The notes under the pieces were generated by a model. That model was not told where the DNA came from and did no database searches. It worked only from the letters and a program-made list of their open reading frames with translations. Source: Chloropicon primus (Eukaryota). From it: a stretch of 64,000 nucleotides of DNA. The stretch lies in the NCBI GenBank assembly GCA_023205875.1, contig CP060754.1:1426001-1490000 (forward strand), in the 5' to 3' direction. Positions within the stretch are counted from its first letter, which is position 1; every line of letters starts with the position of its first letter. This document shows positions 20,696-31,445 of the stretch, in pieces. The position numbers were made by a program, and so were the translations under genes.

Positions 20696-23381
20696 TCACT
20701 TCACGTTATTTATTTTCGCCATGATTCTCTTTCCATGAGGTGTTCCCCTCAAGGAAGTCAAGTATGGCTTGATCTGGTCAACTAGATTCTCGTAGAGTGT
20801 CCCACTGGAGACGGAAAGGGCGCTCTGCACAACATAGTTCGCGTAGGGGTCCTGCAAGAGTCTCAAGATGTGGGGGTAATCTGCAAGCTCCTGCACGATC
20901 TGGTCCTGGCACGGCTTGAGCTCCTCGTTGGTCATCTTCAGGCACTTCTCAACAACGTTGGAGGAGAACTTCTGGGCGCTCAGCTCGGCGTAGTGGCCCG
21001 CCAGGCGCTTCATGACCTCCCCCGAGGCCTCGGTCAGCTTGATGTCAAGGACGTACTGCACCACGTAGTTTCCAAAAGGATCCTGGGACAAGAAGTAAGC
21101 GTGCTTCGCAATCTCCTTGACGAGGTTTGTCCTCTGCTCCTGGGGTGGCATGATCGATGCATCTCTGAAGGACGCAGCAACCGTGGCGGTGGGTGGCAAT
21201 CTCGACGCAGTGGGAGCCGGCGGCATCATAAATAAACTGGCACTCGCTGGCGCCAAGCCTCTGCAGGCACCTCTGCACCACGTGGTTACCGTTCAGGTCC
21301 TTGATCAAAAGGACGATCCCGGGCTTCAATGCGTCGATCACCAGGCTTGACTGCTCTTGCGTGGAGAGGGTCTCCACGAGCTTCTGCACCGCCCTGGTCC
21401 CGTGCGTGTTCAGGGCAATCGCCACCAGGTCAGACTTGAGGGCAACAGCCTTCACGAGGTCGAGCCTCTGCTCCTCGGAGCACCGGTCCAGCAGCTTCTG
21501 GATGAGGTAGTTCCCGAAAGGGTCCATCATAAGACTCGCCGAGTGCTCCAGGACTTCTGGGAAGACGAGCTGAATGACCTCGTGGCCGCCCTCGTCAAAC
21601 TTCTTTTGCAAGAACCTGCAGACGTTCTGGTCCCTGGCCGCGGCGAGCAGGTTGCCCACCACCTCGTCCACGGACGAGTACTGGACGGAGTGGTCCCACT
21701 GGGCAGAGTCGTAGGCCTGGTTCTTGTCGTCTCCCAGACCTCCCTGCCTGTTGTTGCCGTCGTGGACCCCCGTCATGCCGTGGTGGCCGTGGTGGTTGTG
21801 CTTCCTGTCCCCGTGGTGGTGCCCCCTGCCGTGGCTGTTGCCATAGTGGTTGTTCCTGCCCCTCCCTCTGTTCATGTTCATGCCCATGTCCCCGGAGTGG
21901 CCGTGGAGCTCGTGCAGGTGGTGGGACATCGACATGCCGTTGTTGTTCATGCCACCCATGGAGGACCCGGCCCCCGCCGCTGCGGCCGCGGCAGCCGCTG
22001 CGGCGGCAGCCAGGGCGCCCGGGTGAGCCAGGTTGCCCCCTGCCATCCCGCCGAGCCCTCCCATGCCCTGCTGGTTCAGCAGGGCGGCCGGGAAGAGCCC
22101 GGTCTGCTGCTGCTCCTGCTGCTGCACCATCACGTGGAGGGCGGCCTGGTACGCGGCCTGGTACTCGAGGGACCCGAAGACGGCCGGGGCGCCCCCTTGC
22201 TGGGACTGCGGCCCTCCGGCGCCGTTCATCCCGTTCCCGTTCCCTCCGGCGCCGAGGCCTGGGGTGGAGGACCTGGACTGGCTTCCGAACTGGGACGACC
22301 CTCCCTGGTTGTTGTTGTTGTTGTTGCCGCCGCTGTTGTTGTTGCTGCTGCCGTTGCCCCCCGGGAGGGAGCCCAACGAGTTCGCGGAGCTCGAGTTCGG
22401 GACCGGCGTGCTGTTCATGGACCTGCTGTTGAGCAGGTTGGCGCCCGCGCCGCCGGCCTGGCCCCCGTAAAAGGACTCCAGCTGGCTCAGGTTGTTCACC
22501 TGGCCGGAGAACATGTTCATGCCGCTCCCCATGGAGTTGGACTTGGTGCCCATCATCTGGTTGTTGTAGTACTGGTTGTAGGCCTGGGTCGCCTTGCCCT
22601 GCGCGTCTCCCTGCTGCTGGCCCCCGGACGTGTTGCTTCCGTACTTTTTGTAAAAGTCCTCGTAGGACTTGTCGTTGTCGAAGTGGGCCGCCGCCCCCCC
22701 CGCTTGGTTGTCCTCCACGAAGCCCACGCCCCCGGCCAGGGCCGAGCCGCCGGGGAGGCCGAGGCCCAGGCTGCTGCTGTTGAGCTGGCCGCCCGGCCCC
22801 CCCTGCTGCTGGTTCGTCGGCCCGGACGACATCATCATCGCCGCGGCGTTCGTCATGTTCTGCAGGCCCTGCATGTACGGCGGGGCGGAGATGGCGCGGG
22901 GCAAGCCGTTGCTCGACCCGTCCCCCGCCTGCTCCTGGCCCTGCTGGCCGCTCTGCTGGCCGCCCTGCAGGCCTCCTCCCTTGGCGCTGCTCGCGGTGGC
23001 GTCCCCGAAGAACGCGGTGTCCTCCAGGAGGTCCGCGAGCTCCCTGTCGTACTCCTGCCAGGTGGGCCCGCCCACGGCAGCCCCGCCGGAGAGGAACCCG
23101 GCCGCCGCCCCGTTGGTGGCCGCCCCGCCGTCTGCGGCGTTCTGGCCTCCGTTGTTCCTGGCCGCCGCGTTGGCGTTCTGGCCGTTCTTGGCCGCCGCGT
23201 TGGCCGAGGCGACCGCGTTGGCCGAGGAAGCCGAGGCGGCCGAGTCCACCACGACGACGCCGCTGGGGTTCGAGGACGACGACGAAGAAGATGGGTTCGC
23301 CTTCGAGGATCCTCCGGTGACGGGTTTCTTGTTGGCCTCGCTCTGCTGCTGGTCGCCGAGCAGCTGCCTGCTCTTCAACAT
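20696..23381 (-). CDS. Pumilio/PUF RNA-binding protein, with an apparent frameshift near 21140-21148
   Basis: Low-complexity G/N/Q/A/H N-terminus; PUF repeats (DPFGNYLIQK, NGNHVVQR, HRHGCCVLQR) continue in a second frame (DPFGNYVVQY, KFSSNVVEK, DPYANYVVQ). Confidence 0.88.
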
Positions 23382-24377
23382 GGTGGTGGTGGTTGTGGTG
23401 GCGACAGGTCCAGTGCAGTGCAGTAAAATAAAATGGTCGCGCTCGTTCGCTCGTTCGCTCGTCCGCGGTTGCTTGTTATACAGTCCTCCGCAATGGCTTG
23501 GCTTGCAGGTCCGTCAGGTCGTCTATGATATAACTATGATATACACGACGTGTTCTGCCTCTGATGTACAAGTGTCCGAGTCCGAAGTCCCTCACTCACT
23601 CATTCGTTCATTCGTTCCACAACGCGACGAAGCAGTCAGCAGCAGCAGCTTGAACGAAATTCGAAGAAGATATGGCTCGTTCGTTCGTTTCGTCCGTGCG
23701 AATGAACGACGAATGAACCAGGGCTCGATGAAACGAAAACGAAAACGAAAACGAAAATGAAGTGAAACTCTCTGTCGTGGACTCTCCTCTCTCCTCTCTC
23801 TCTCCTCTCTCTCCAGAGAGCCCGCCCAAGCGAGTCGCTCCGCCCGATCGACAAGACAAATGAAGCGCGAGTCCTGTTGCGGGATTCCTTTCCTCTCGTC
23901 GTGTCTGCGGTCGTGGTCGTGAAGGGTCGCGCACGACGCGTCGTGTGTTCTGCGTGTGTTCTCCTCGTCGTCGTCGCCCACCTCTCTCTCTCGGCTAAGC
24001 GCTCTCGGCTCTTTTCTCCGCCGATCGGCTGGAGAGATTTGATTCGAGAGAGCGAAAGGGGAAGAGGGAGGGGGCGAAGAAGGGATTCCTACACGGGAGG
24101 GAGGAAAGGAAGGCGACGACGGAGGGTTCGGGGAGAGGCGATCGAGGGAGAGTGGGAGGGGCTCTGCGACCGTGACGCCTCAAGCAGAAAAGAGGGGAGT
24201 CGACCTCGAGACTCACGCGGGGGTGCGGCGGCGCGAGTAGAAAAACCCGTGGGGGGGGCCCTCGGAGTGGGGTCGAATCCGGGAGGGCGCAGCTCTATCT
24301 ATAGGCGCTCACTGCAACAACTGAGGCTGGGAAAGGAGTTGCGTTCCAAAACGCGATTTCTACACGTTTTACTCGCG

Positions 24378-24465
24378 GCCCCCTTAGCTCAGCTTGGTTA
24401 GAGCATTGGTCTTATGGAAAAAAACAGAAAGCCGAAGGTCGCGGGTTCGACCCCCGCAGGGAGCA
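24378..24465 (+). tRNA. trnI-UAU: tRNA-Ile(UAU) with 13-nt canonical intron (24417-24429)
   Basis: Cloverleaf: GCCCCCT/AGGGAGC acceptor, D arm GCTC..GAGC, anticodon arm TTGGT-CT-TAT-G/A-GCCGA, T loop GGTTCGA. Confidence 0.93.
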
Positions 24466-24474
24466 ACGCAACCC

Positions 24475-24482
24475 TTTTTTTT
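24475..24482 (+). terminator. RNA polymerase III oligo-T terminator
   Basis: T8 run 10 nt downstream of the tRNA. Confidence 0.85.
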
Positions 24483-24591
24483 GTGAAGGGTGAAGGTAAT
24501 TGTACACAAGGATCACAACGAGATCGTTGATCGTAACGGCGAGGAGGACGGCGAGGAGGTGTGTGACCTGGCGGGAGCTGGAGAGAGGACC

Positions 24592-25158
24592 ATGGTCTTG
24601 GTCAAGCACCGCCCGACGAAGAAGGGGAGGGCTCCCAGATGGAGCGAAGGGGAGAAGCGAATCGTGTTATCCCACGGGAGAAGTGGCGCTTCCGACCCTA
24701 CACTGGTGGACGAGGAGAGACGCCAGCGATGGGACGAGAATGGTGTCGGGGAGGTTCGACCAGGAGGAATGTCGAGACCGGGTGAAGGCGTTCCAGCGCA
24801 AGTTCGACGACCCAGCAATGACGCAGACCCCATCAATCGTTGGTCTGCCGAGCAAACAGCAAGGTTCATGGAGCTCTGCAAGGACACCGTTACCGATTGG
24901 AACCACCAGGACTATTGGGTATCTTTGCGGCAGGACTGGTTGGCGGAAGATTATGTCCCAAACCCAAAAGCATTCCTTCCGCCGATGCAGAGGGGGAATG
25001 ACCAGAGCAGAGACCAGAGAGAGAGGAAAGACACATTGCAAAACATGACACACAACAAGAATGATCCATTAACCTGTGGTCAAGTTGATTGTTTGATCGA
25101 GGATCTGTTTCTTGTTCTCGACGACCAAGCGCAGCGAAACAAAACAGTAGCTCCTTGA
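24592..25158 (+). CDS. Hypothetical protein with two Myb/SANT-like helix-1 motifs
   Basis: 188-aa ORF containing PRWSEGEKRIVL and NRWSAEQTARFMELCK. Confidence 0.4.
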   Translation: MVLVKHRPTKKGRAPRWSEGEKRIVLSHGRSGASDPTLVDEERRQRWDENGVGEVRPGGMSRPGEGVPAQVRRPSNDADPINRWSAEQTARFMELCKDTVTDWNHQDYWVSLRQDWLAEDYVPNPKAFLPPMQRGNDQSRDQRERKDTLQNMTHNKNDPLTCGQVDCLIEDLFLVLDDQAQRNKTVAP

Positions 25159-25302
25159 CCCTTGTTGACCCTGCACCCATCATCCCCGAGAATCCGCAGT
25201 TTGCGCAGGCTCAACGTCAGGTGGATATCTTCGTCCTCCTCCTCCTCCCATGGAATGGAATTCCTCTTCCTCTTGTTGCGGACCAGGCTTGGACCAGTCG
25301 CA

Positions 25303-25344
<42 letters not shown>

Positions 25345-25549
25345 ACGTAATATATATACCTTGATCGTCTCTTCTCGTCTCGTCTCGTCTCGTCTCGTCT
25401 CGTCATCGGGACCCCCCGCCTTTGACCGGATCAAAAATTTTTTTGCTCTGCTCTTTTTCATTCATTCTCTGCTTGTAACGCGCGGCCGTTACCGTTACAT
25501 TACTCCCGAACAAAAAACAACGACGACGACGACGACGACGACGACGACA

Positions 25550-26516
25550 ATGGTCACCACCACCACCACCACCACCACCACCCTCCTCCTCCTTTGTGCG
25601 GCCACCACCACCTTGGTCTGGGGCCAGCAACAAGGTGGACCCTCGTCCTCGTTCTACGACGTGCACCAGGGGGGAGGAGATCTCACCACCACCTCCCCTT
25701 CCTCCCCTTCTGCTTGCGACCTCTCCGCCGAGCAGCGGAGCCAGCTCTCTTCCTCGCCAGCTCTCTTCCTCGGGGTCGTGGACGCCACCGACCCGGCGAA
25801 CGCTGGAGTGGAGTTCTCCTGGACCTTCCCTCCTTCGCTGGACCCGGCGTGCGCCTCGAGCTTCGAGATCGTGTGCGAGGAGCTGGACGAGGACCTGCAG
25901 GGGGGGATGAAGAACGCCAAGTCCGCGGTCCAGCACCGGGTCGGGTCCCTGAGCCCCGAGAAGCGCAACGCCGGCCTCGCCGTCCTCAAGGGGCTCGAGT
26001 CCGGACGGGTCTACACTTGCGCCCTCACGCTGCCCTCCGCGTCCCCGCCGTCGTCGTCGTCGTCTCGCGGCGAGGTGCAGAGCAGGGGGGTGTACCTGGA
26101 GCCCGGGTTCCCCAAGGTGCTCAAGGACACCAGCCCGGGGGGCGCGGCGTGCGTGACCGGGAGGACGGCGGGCCTCGTCAACGCCACCGCGATGTACGTC
26201 GAGGACGGGTGCGAGGGCGTCTTCCTCATGCCCGGGCGGTCCAGGAGGTCCCCCGCCCTGGGACTGATGTGCTCCAGCGCCGAGGGCACGAGGACCGAGT
26301 GCTACCTGCCCGACATGGACATGGACGACGACGTGTTTGAGGGGATCGAGGTGTTCTGGCAGACCAGCACGGAGGACTGCGTTCCGGGGAGGACGTTCGG
26401 ATTCGCGTCCAGGGAGGACATGTTCGTCCTGGACGGGTGCGAGGTGAGTGCGGGACTGCGCGCGAATCCTTTGCTTTTCCCCGCGCACAACATCGAGATC
26501 GAGATCTCAACTGACA

Positions 26517-26567
<51 letters not shown>

Positions 26568-26895
26568 CTCTCTCCAGGGACAATTCCTCGTGTACCGGGC
26601 CGAGGAAGACTCCACCACCACCACCACCTCCCCCACCTTCTCCTCGTCTTCGTTTGTGGTGGACTGCGGGGGTGGATCCCGCAAGCACCCCTCGTACGAC
26701 CAAAAGGTCTCCAGGAGGAGGTGGTGGTGCCTGTGGCTGTGCCGCACCGAGGCGGACGACCCGCTCGGCTTCTACACGTGCCCCCTGGAGCCCGTGGAGG
26801 CCTACGAGGACCTGGACATCCCCCGCAGAAGCTCAAATCTATCCTCGGAGGGGGAGGAGGAGGATCCAAGGCCGGTGGTCAAGTCCTCCCCCTGA
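25550..26895 (+). CDS. Secreted protein with FN3-like region and two DUF3011/lectin-like repeats; intron 26444-26577
   Basis: Signal-like N-terminus; repeats CVTGRTAG...MYVEDGCEGVF and CVPGRTFG...MFVLDGCEGQF, the second completed by splicing. Confidence 0.7.
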
Positions 26896-27241
26896 CGGAT
26901 GCAAAGGTGCAGAATTCCTCCCCACCAACCCACCCACCCGATGCTGGGCATGCTGCTTTTTTGTAATACACAAAGGAAAGAAAGAAAGAAAGAGAGAAAG
27001 AAAGGTCTTTTGATTCTCTGGCACGCACGCGCGAGGGGGACGAGGGAGGCGTCAACCCCAACAGCACCGCCAGCCTGACCCCATCTCTCAATCTTTGCCC
27101 CCACCCCCACCGAGGCCACTCATCCCATGGACATTCTGTAGAATCCAAGGTTTTTCAAGCGCATCAGTCCAGCTTCCCGTCCGTCACGAAAGGCGAGCAG
27201 TCGCAATCGGTGGACGAGAGCGAGAGGCAACAGCACACACA

Positions 27242-30163
27242 ATGAAGATGCGGGGCCTTCGACGCTTCCTCGCCGCTGCGATCGCGCTGACCCTCCCCAT
27301 CCTCCTCCTCCTCCTCGGCGAGGCGTCGTGCGATGCTGGTGGTGCAGCCACCGTAGTCGTTTCCGCTCCTCCCAATGCTCCCTCCTCCTCGTCGTCGTCG
27401 TTGTCCGTGACCGTGAACGAGGTCATGGCGAGGAACGGAGGGACGCTTCGGGATGAGAGCGGGTCGTCTCCCGATTGGATCGAGCTCCTGGTCAAGCCGA
27501 GAGGCGGCGGGGCCGCCCCCCCCTCGGTCAACCTTGGCGGTTACGCCGTAACGGACGACCCGGAGCACAAGGAGGTGTGGGCCCTGCCGGACAGGGAGGT
27601 CCCCCTGACGAGAGGAGGGGTGGCCCACGTCGTGATCTTCGCCTCGGGTCGCAACGCGACGACGACTGCGGCGGCGGCGCCGCTCCACGCGTCGTTCAAG
27701 CTGAGCGACGGGGGGGAGTACCTCGCCGTGCTGGACGCCGAGGGCCAGGTCGTGGACTCGGTCACGTTCTCGTCCCAGTACGAGGACGTGTCCTGGGGGA
27801 GGGACTCCGCGGGATCCGCGGGCCACCTGTCGCGCCCGACGCCAGGGGCGAGGAACTCCGCCCTCGTGGCGGAGGGGACCCCCCTGCTCAAGAGGGTGAC
27901 CAAGTCTGTCAGCCCCCCGCCGACGATTGAGGACGACATCACGGTGCGGGCGTGCCTGGCTGTGCTCGGGGAGGAGGGGAGGGAGAGGGACCCGTCCTCC
28001 GCCAAGGTGGAGCTGCGGTACAAGGTGAACTTCGAGCGCAAGGAGTACGCCGTGAGGATGGAGCCGGCGGGGGGCAACGGCACGTACTGCGGCAAGAGCG
28101 GGGAGGCCACCGGGTACCAGGAGTACGTCGGCGTGCTGAGGCACAAGGGGTTCTCCGGGGCCGCGGGAGCCCATCCAGGGGACATGGTCCGCTGGTACGT
28201 GACGGCCGAGAACGGGATCGGGGCGAGCGCCCGCTCGCCGGCCTTGGACGTCGTCGCGGAGTCCTCCGCGGACCTCCCGAGGTACCACGGCACGGTCGTC
28301 CTCGGCGCCAAGTCCACCCTGGCGGACTTGACCAGCCAGGTGGACAAGCTGTACTGGTTCATCCAGGAGAAGGACAAGTGGGCCATCGAGAAGAGCCAGT
28401 GCTCCGCTTTCCCGTGCCTGGCGGACAAGGACGGGGCCCACGAGGCCAGGTGCAGCATCTACTTCCAGGGCCGCTTCTACGACAACGTGAAGATGAGGCA
28501 GAGGGGCATCTCGGCGCTGTTGTGGCCGAAGAAGAAGTTCAAGGTCGACTTCAAGGGCGCCAACTTCAAGATCAAGCTGCCTGGCGACGAGGACATCAGC
28601 GTGGAGGAGTTCAACTTGCAGTCCCACTGGGAGGAGCCCGGGGAGGAGACCTACATGAGGGAGAACATCGCCTCGGACTTCTTCAAGGATGCCGGCCTGC
28701 CCGTGTTCGAGACCCTGCACGTCGAGGTCGTGCAGAACGGGAGGTTTTACGGCCTGTACTCCATCGTGGAGCAGATCGATGAGAACTTCCTGAAGAGGAT
28801 TGGGTACAACCCGAAGGGGCACTTGTACAAAGCTTTCTCGGGGACGGCGTCCAATCTCAACGACCGGGTTCCGGAGCGCCTGATGGACAAGGTGTACCGC
28901 AGAGGGAACAGGGTGGAGGACGAGGACGACTGGTCTGACCTGCACGCCCTGACGCAATCCCTCGCGGGCAAGAACAGAAAGTACTCGGGCGTCGAGGAGT
29001 ACCTGTACAACCACGCGAACATCCCTGAGCTAGTGAATGAGCTCGCCTTGCAGGCAGCCATACTGAACCAAGATCGATGCACGAAGAACTATTACGTGTA
29101 CTACGACACCGACATGGAGGAATGGTCTCGGTTCCCCTGGGACTTGGAGGCGGTGATGGGAATCAGCAGTGCTCTCGGGGGAGTCCCCGCGCCAGACTAC
29201 TGCATGCTGGTGTGCCCCCAATTCAACAGCCCGCTCTACTGCGACAGCGACCATCCTCAGGATCCCCTCCCAAATTACGGATCTCCTCAGGCGAAACATT
29301 ATGTGAGGAAGGCAACCGTCGTCCCTGGGCTCGAAACGCCTGAGAAGAATTACAACCACCTGACCGATGCCTTGCTGGACACCCCGAGCATTAGGGAGAT
29401 GTACCTGAGGAGGCTCAAGACGATTGTGGACAAGTACCTCGCGACGGATTACTTGAAGGACAGGGTGAACCATTACTACGGGCAGATCAAAGAGATCGCG
29501 AAGAAGGACGATTCCAAGTGGGGAACGGGGGACATTTGGGAGGGGTACGAGCAGCTCCTCAAGGAGCAGCTGCCTCAAAGGAAGCAGCAGCTGATGTCCA
29601 TGTACGCTGCGGGGGGTCCAGAGCCCCTCCTTCCCGAGAGCCAGGACCCCAGCAAGGCCACTGTCGAGATCAAAAACGCGTACGTGCCAGCCAACGGGGA
29701 GTACATGACATCCATTGAGGTGCACAACCCGCACGATTTTGCCGTGGACGTGAGTGGCTGGGTGGTGACCAACTCAAAGAACGTGACAAGCGCTCGGCAG
29801 TACCCAAAATCAAAATCGTACTGCAGCGACGTGGAGCCCAAACAAAGCGATTACTCCTGCAAGGATATTGTCGCTTGGGGCTCCTGCGAGCAGGGTTCCG
29901 TGAAGAAGAAGGGCATTTGCAGAAAGTCCTGCGGAGACTGCAGGCTGAGGAGCGGCCCATTGCGGTTCACACTTGCCGCTGGCACTGTCATCCCAAGCAA
30001 GTCCAGCCTTTTCATCACCGACGACGTGGTGGCCTACCGCAAGAGCCTCAGGCAGCACAACATGTTTCAGCACGCCGTGGGACCCGTGGACGGCGATCTG
30101 AAAACCTACAGCAAAAAGGACGGCTTCGCCGTGTACAATGATCTTAACCAAAAGGTCTTTTAA
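27242..30163 (+). CDS. Secreted CotH-family kinase with lamin-tail domains and a six-Cys ShK-like insert
   Basis: Signal peptide; LTD (VNEVMARN..DWIEL..FKLSDGGEYL); CotH (RQRGISA..KKKFKVDF, MRENIA, NGRFYGLY, NQDRCTKNYY, PWDLE); second LTD. Confidence 0.88.
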   Translation: MKMRGLRRFLAAAIALTLPILLLLLGEASCDAGGAATVVVSAPPNAPSSSSSSLSVTVNEVMARNGGTLRDESGSSPDWIELLVKPRGGGAAPPSVNLGGYAVTDDPEHKEVWALPDREVPLTRGGVAHVVIFASGRNATTTAAAAPLHASFKLSDGGEYLAVLDAEGQVVDSVTFSSQYEDVSWGRDSAGSAGHLSRPTPGARNSALVAEGTPLLKRVTKSVSPPPTIEDDITVRACLAVLGEEGRERDPSSAKVELRYKVNFERKEYAVRMEPAGGNGTYCGKSGEATGYQEYVGVLRHKGFSGAAGAHPGDMVRWYVTAENGIGASARSPALDVVAESSADLPRYHGTVVLGAKSTLADLTSQVDKLYWFIQEKDKWAIEKSQCSAFPCLADKDGAHEARCSIYFQGRFYDNVKMRQRGISALLWPKKKFKVDFKGANFKIKLPGDEDISVEEFNLQSHWEEPGEETYMRENIASDFFKDAGLPVFETLHVEVVQNGRFYGLYSIVEQIDENFLKRIGYNPKGHLYKAFSGTASNLNDRVPERLMDKVYRRGNRVEDEDDWSDLHALTQSLAGKNRKYSGVEEYLYNHANIPELVNELALQAAILNQDRCTKNYYVYYDTDMEEWSRFPWDLEAVMGISSALGGVPAPDYCMLVCPQFNSPLYCDSDHPQDPLPNYGSPQAKHYVRKATVVPGLETPEKNYNHLTDALLDTPSIREMYLRRLKTIVDKYLATDYLKDRVNHYYGQIKEIAKKDDSKWGTGDIWEGYEQLLKEQLPQRKQQLMSMYAAGGPEPLLPESQDPSKATVEIKNAYVPANGEYMTSIEVHNPHDFAVDVSGWVVTNSKNVTSARQYPKSKSYCSDVEPKQSDYSCKDIVAWGSCEQGSVKKKGICRKSCGDCRLRSGPLRFTLAAGTVIPSKSSLFITDDVVAYRKSLRQHNMFQHAVGPVDGDLKTYSKKDGFAVYNDLNQKVF

Positions 30164-30576
30164 TTCTTTTCCTTGCTCACCTTCAACAAGCCTTTCCCTC
30201 TCTCTGCAGGATCTCCTCACAGCATCAATACCCCTTGTTCCCCTTTGACTGACCAAGGCGGGCACGAGACCGCCGCTCACGTTACAAAGCAATCCCGAAT
30301 TCATCCATGTCTCGAATGCTTGAGAGAGATCAAGAGTCCTTCCTTGGATCTCGGTCTCTCTCCCCCTCCTGCCTTTGGCCCCTTGCCCTCAAAAACCAAA
30401 AACGACAGAAAGAGAGGAGAGGGATGAGGTGCGCAAGACGTTGGCCTCTTCTGCGACGTGGCCCGCGGACGAGAATGTAGGGCCACCACCGACACGAAAG
30501 TGATCCTCTCTGAACGCGCGGCGTCGGCGCTCCTCCTTTGTCCTGCATCATCGTCACCTTCACCTTCATCTTCATC

Positions 30577-31236
30577 ATGAATGCTTTGGTGAAGGCTCTG
30601 GTGAAGCAGAAGCGTCTGCTCAACGCCATGGAGGACCACGACAAGAAGGCGAGGGAGGAGGAGCGGGACGAGTCTGACCTTCCGAGGTGGATGACCGGGG
30701 CCGAGCCCGCGGGTTCGAGTCTCCGGAAAGGCAAAGAGACTCCAAGGGAAGAGATCAAAAAGTTCAAAATCATTCTAGGTTGGAGGGACAACCCAAAGGG
30801 ACCCAAGAAAGTTATAGTGATCGGCGGGAAGGAGTATGACCCGTACCGCGGGAAGTCGACCCTGAAGCAAATCTGCCCGAAGAAGCTCAGGGCTGTGATA
30901 TCTGACCTATCTCCGACCCTGTGGGAGCGGTTCATGACGGACCTGAGCAGCGTTGTCGAACCGTTCCAGGACGCTTCTGAGGACGCCTGGGTGCCTATTC
31001 TCTGCTTCTTCTTCCCTTGCTTCTTGGCCTGGCGAGCCAAGTACATCGGCAGGATCAAGGAAAACCTTATCCAGGCTCTGGTCGCCCGCCACTACGTAGA
31101 GTTTCATAACCTTGGCCTGCACTTGCGGTTTAAGGAAATCGCCGCGCCTATCCTTTTCTGCGGCATGAACGTTTCTCAGAAGGTCCCCGTCATTGAGATT
31201 GTCTGGGACCCTTCCCTATGGACGGACAGGATCTAG
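30577..31236 (+). CDS. Hypothetical protein, possible Golgin A7/ERF4-like domain
   Basis: 219-aa ORF; Cys-containing hydrophobic patch ILCFFFPCFLAW and C-terminal GLHLRF...VIEIVW. Confidence 0.6.
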   Translation: MNALVKALVKQKRLLNAMEDHDKKAREEERDESDLPRWMTGAEPAGSSLRKGKETPREEIKKFKIILGWRDNPKGPKKVIVIGGKEYDPYRGKSTLKQICPKKLRAVISDLSPTLWERFMTDLSSVVEPFQDASEDAWVPILCFFFPCFLAWRAKYIGRIKENLIQALVARHYVEFHNLGLHLRFKEIAAPILFCGMNVSQKVPVIEIVWDPSLWTDRI

Positions 31237-31445
31237 GACGAGCGAGGAAGCCTTGCGGTGGGACCCACGCCTCGCCGGGGCACGCGGATCACTCTGCTTC
31301 TCGTTCTCTCTCTTGTGGCGAAACTTGTTGTGGATTTTCAATTAAGTTATATTAAACGTCGGTGCACCACTTGTTGTTTTTTGGCGGAGCGCTCGGAAGG
31401 CTCCGCCAGAGCAAGCCTTGTGTCGACAGCAGGAGCCACCTCCTC

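Noticed and set aside
21357..23426. 689-aa + strand ORF, and similar long antisense ORFs (2499-4133, 27164-29014, 37597-39201, 40016-41287, 56218-58155)
   Set aside because: Antisense shadows of real genes; high GC3 removes stop codons on the opposite strand
25306..25580. (CT)n, (CTCGT)n, (GAC)n and (CAC)n tracts, and similar tracts at 10226, 18435, 23730, 42158, 42245, 47300 and 55960
   Set aside because: Ordinary microsatellites without spacers; not CRISPR or telomeric arrays
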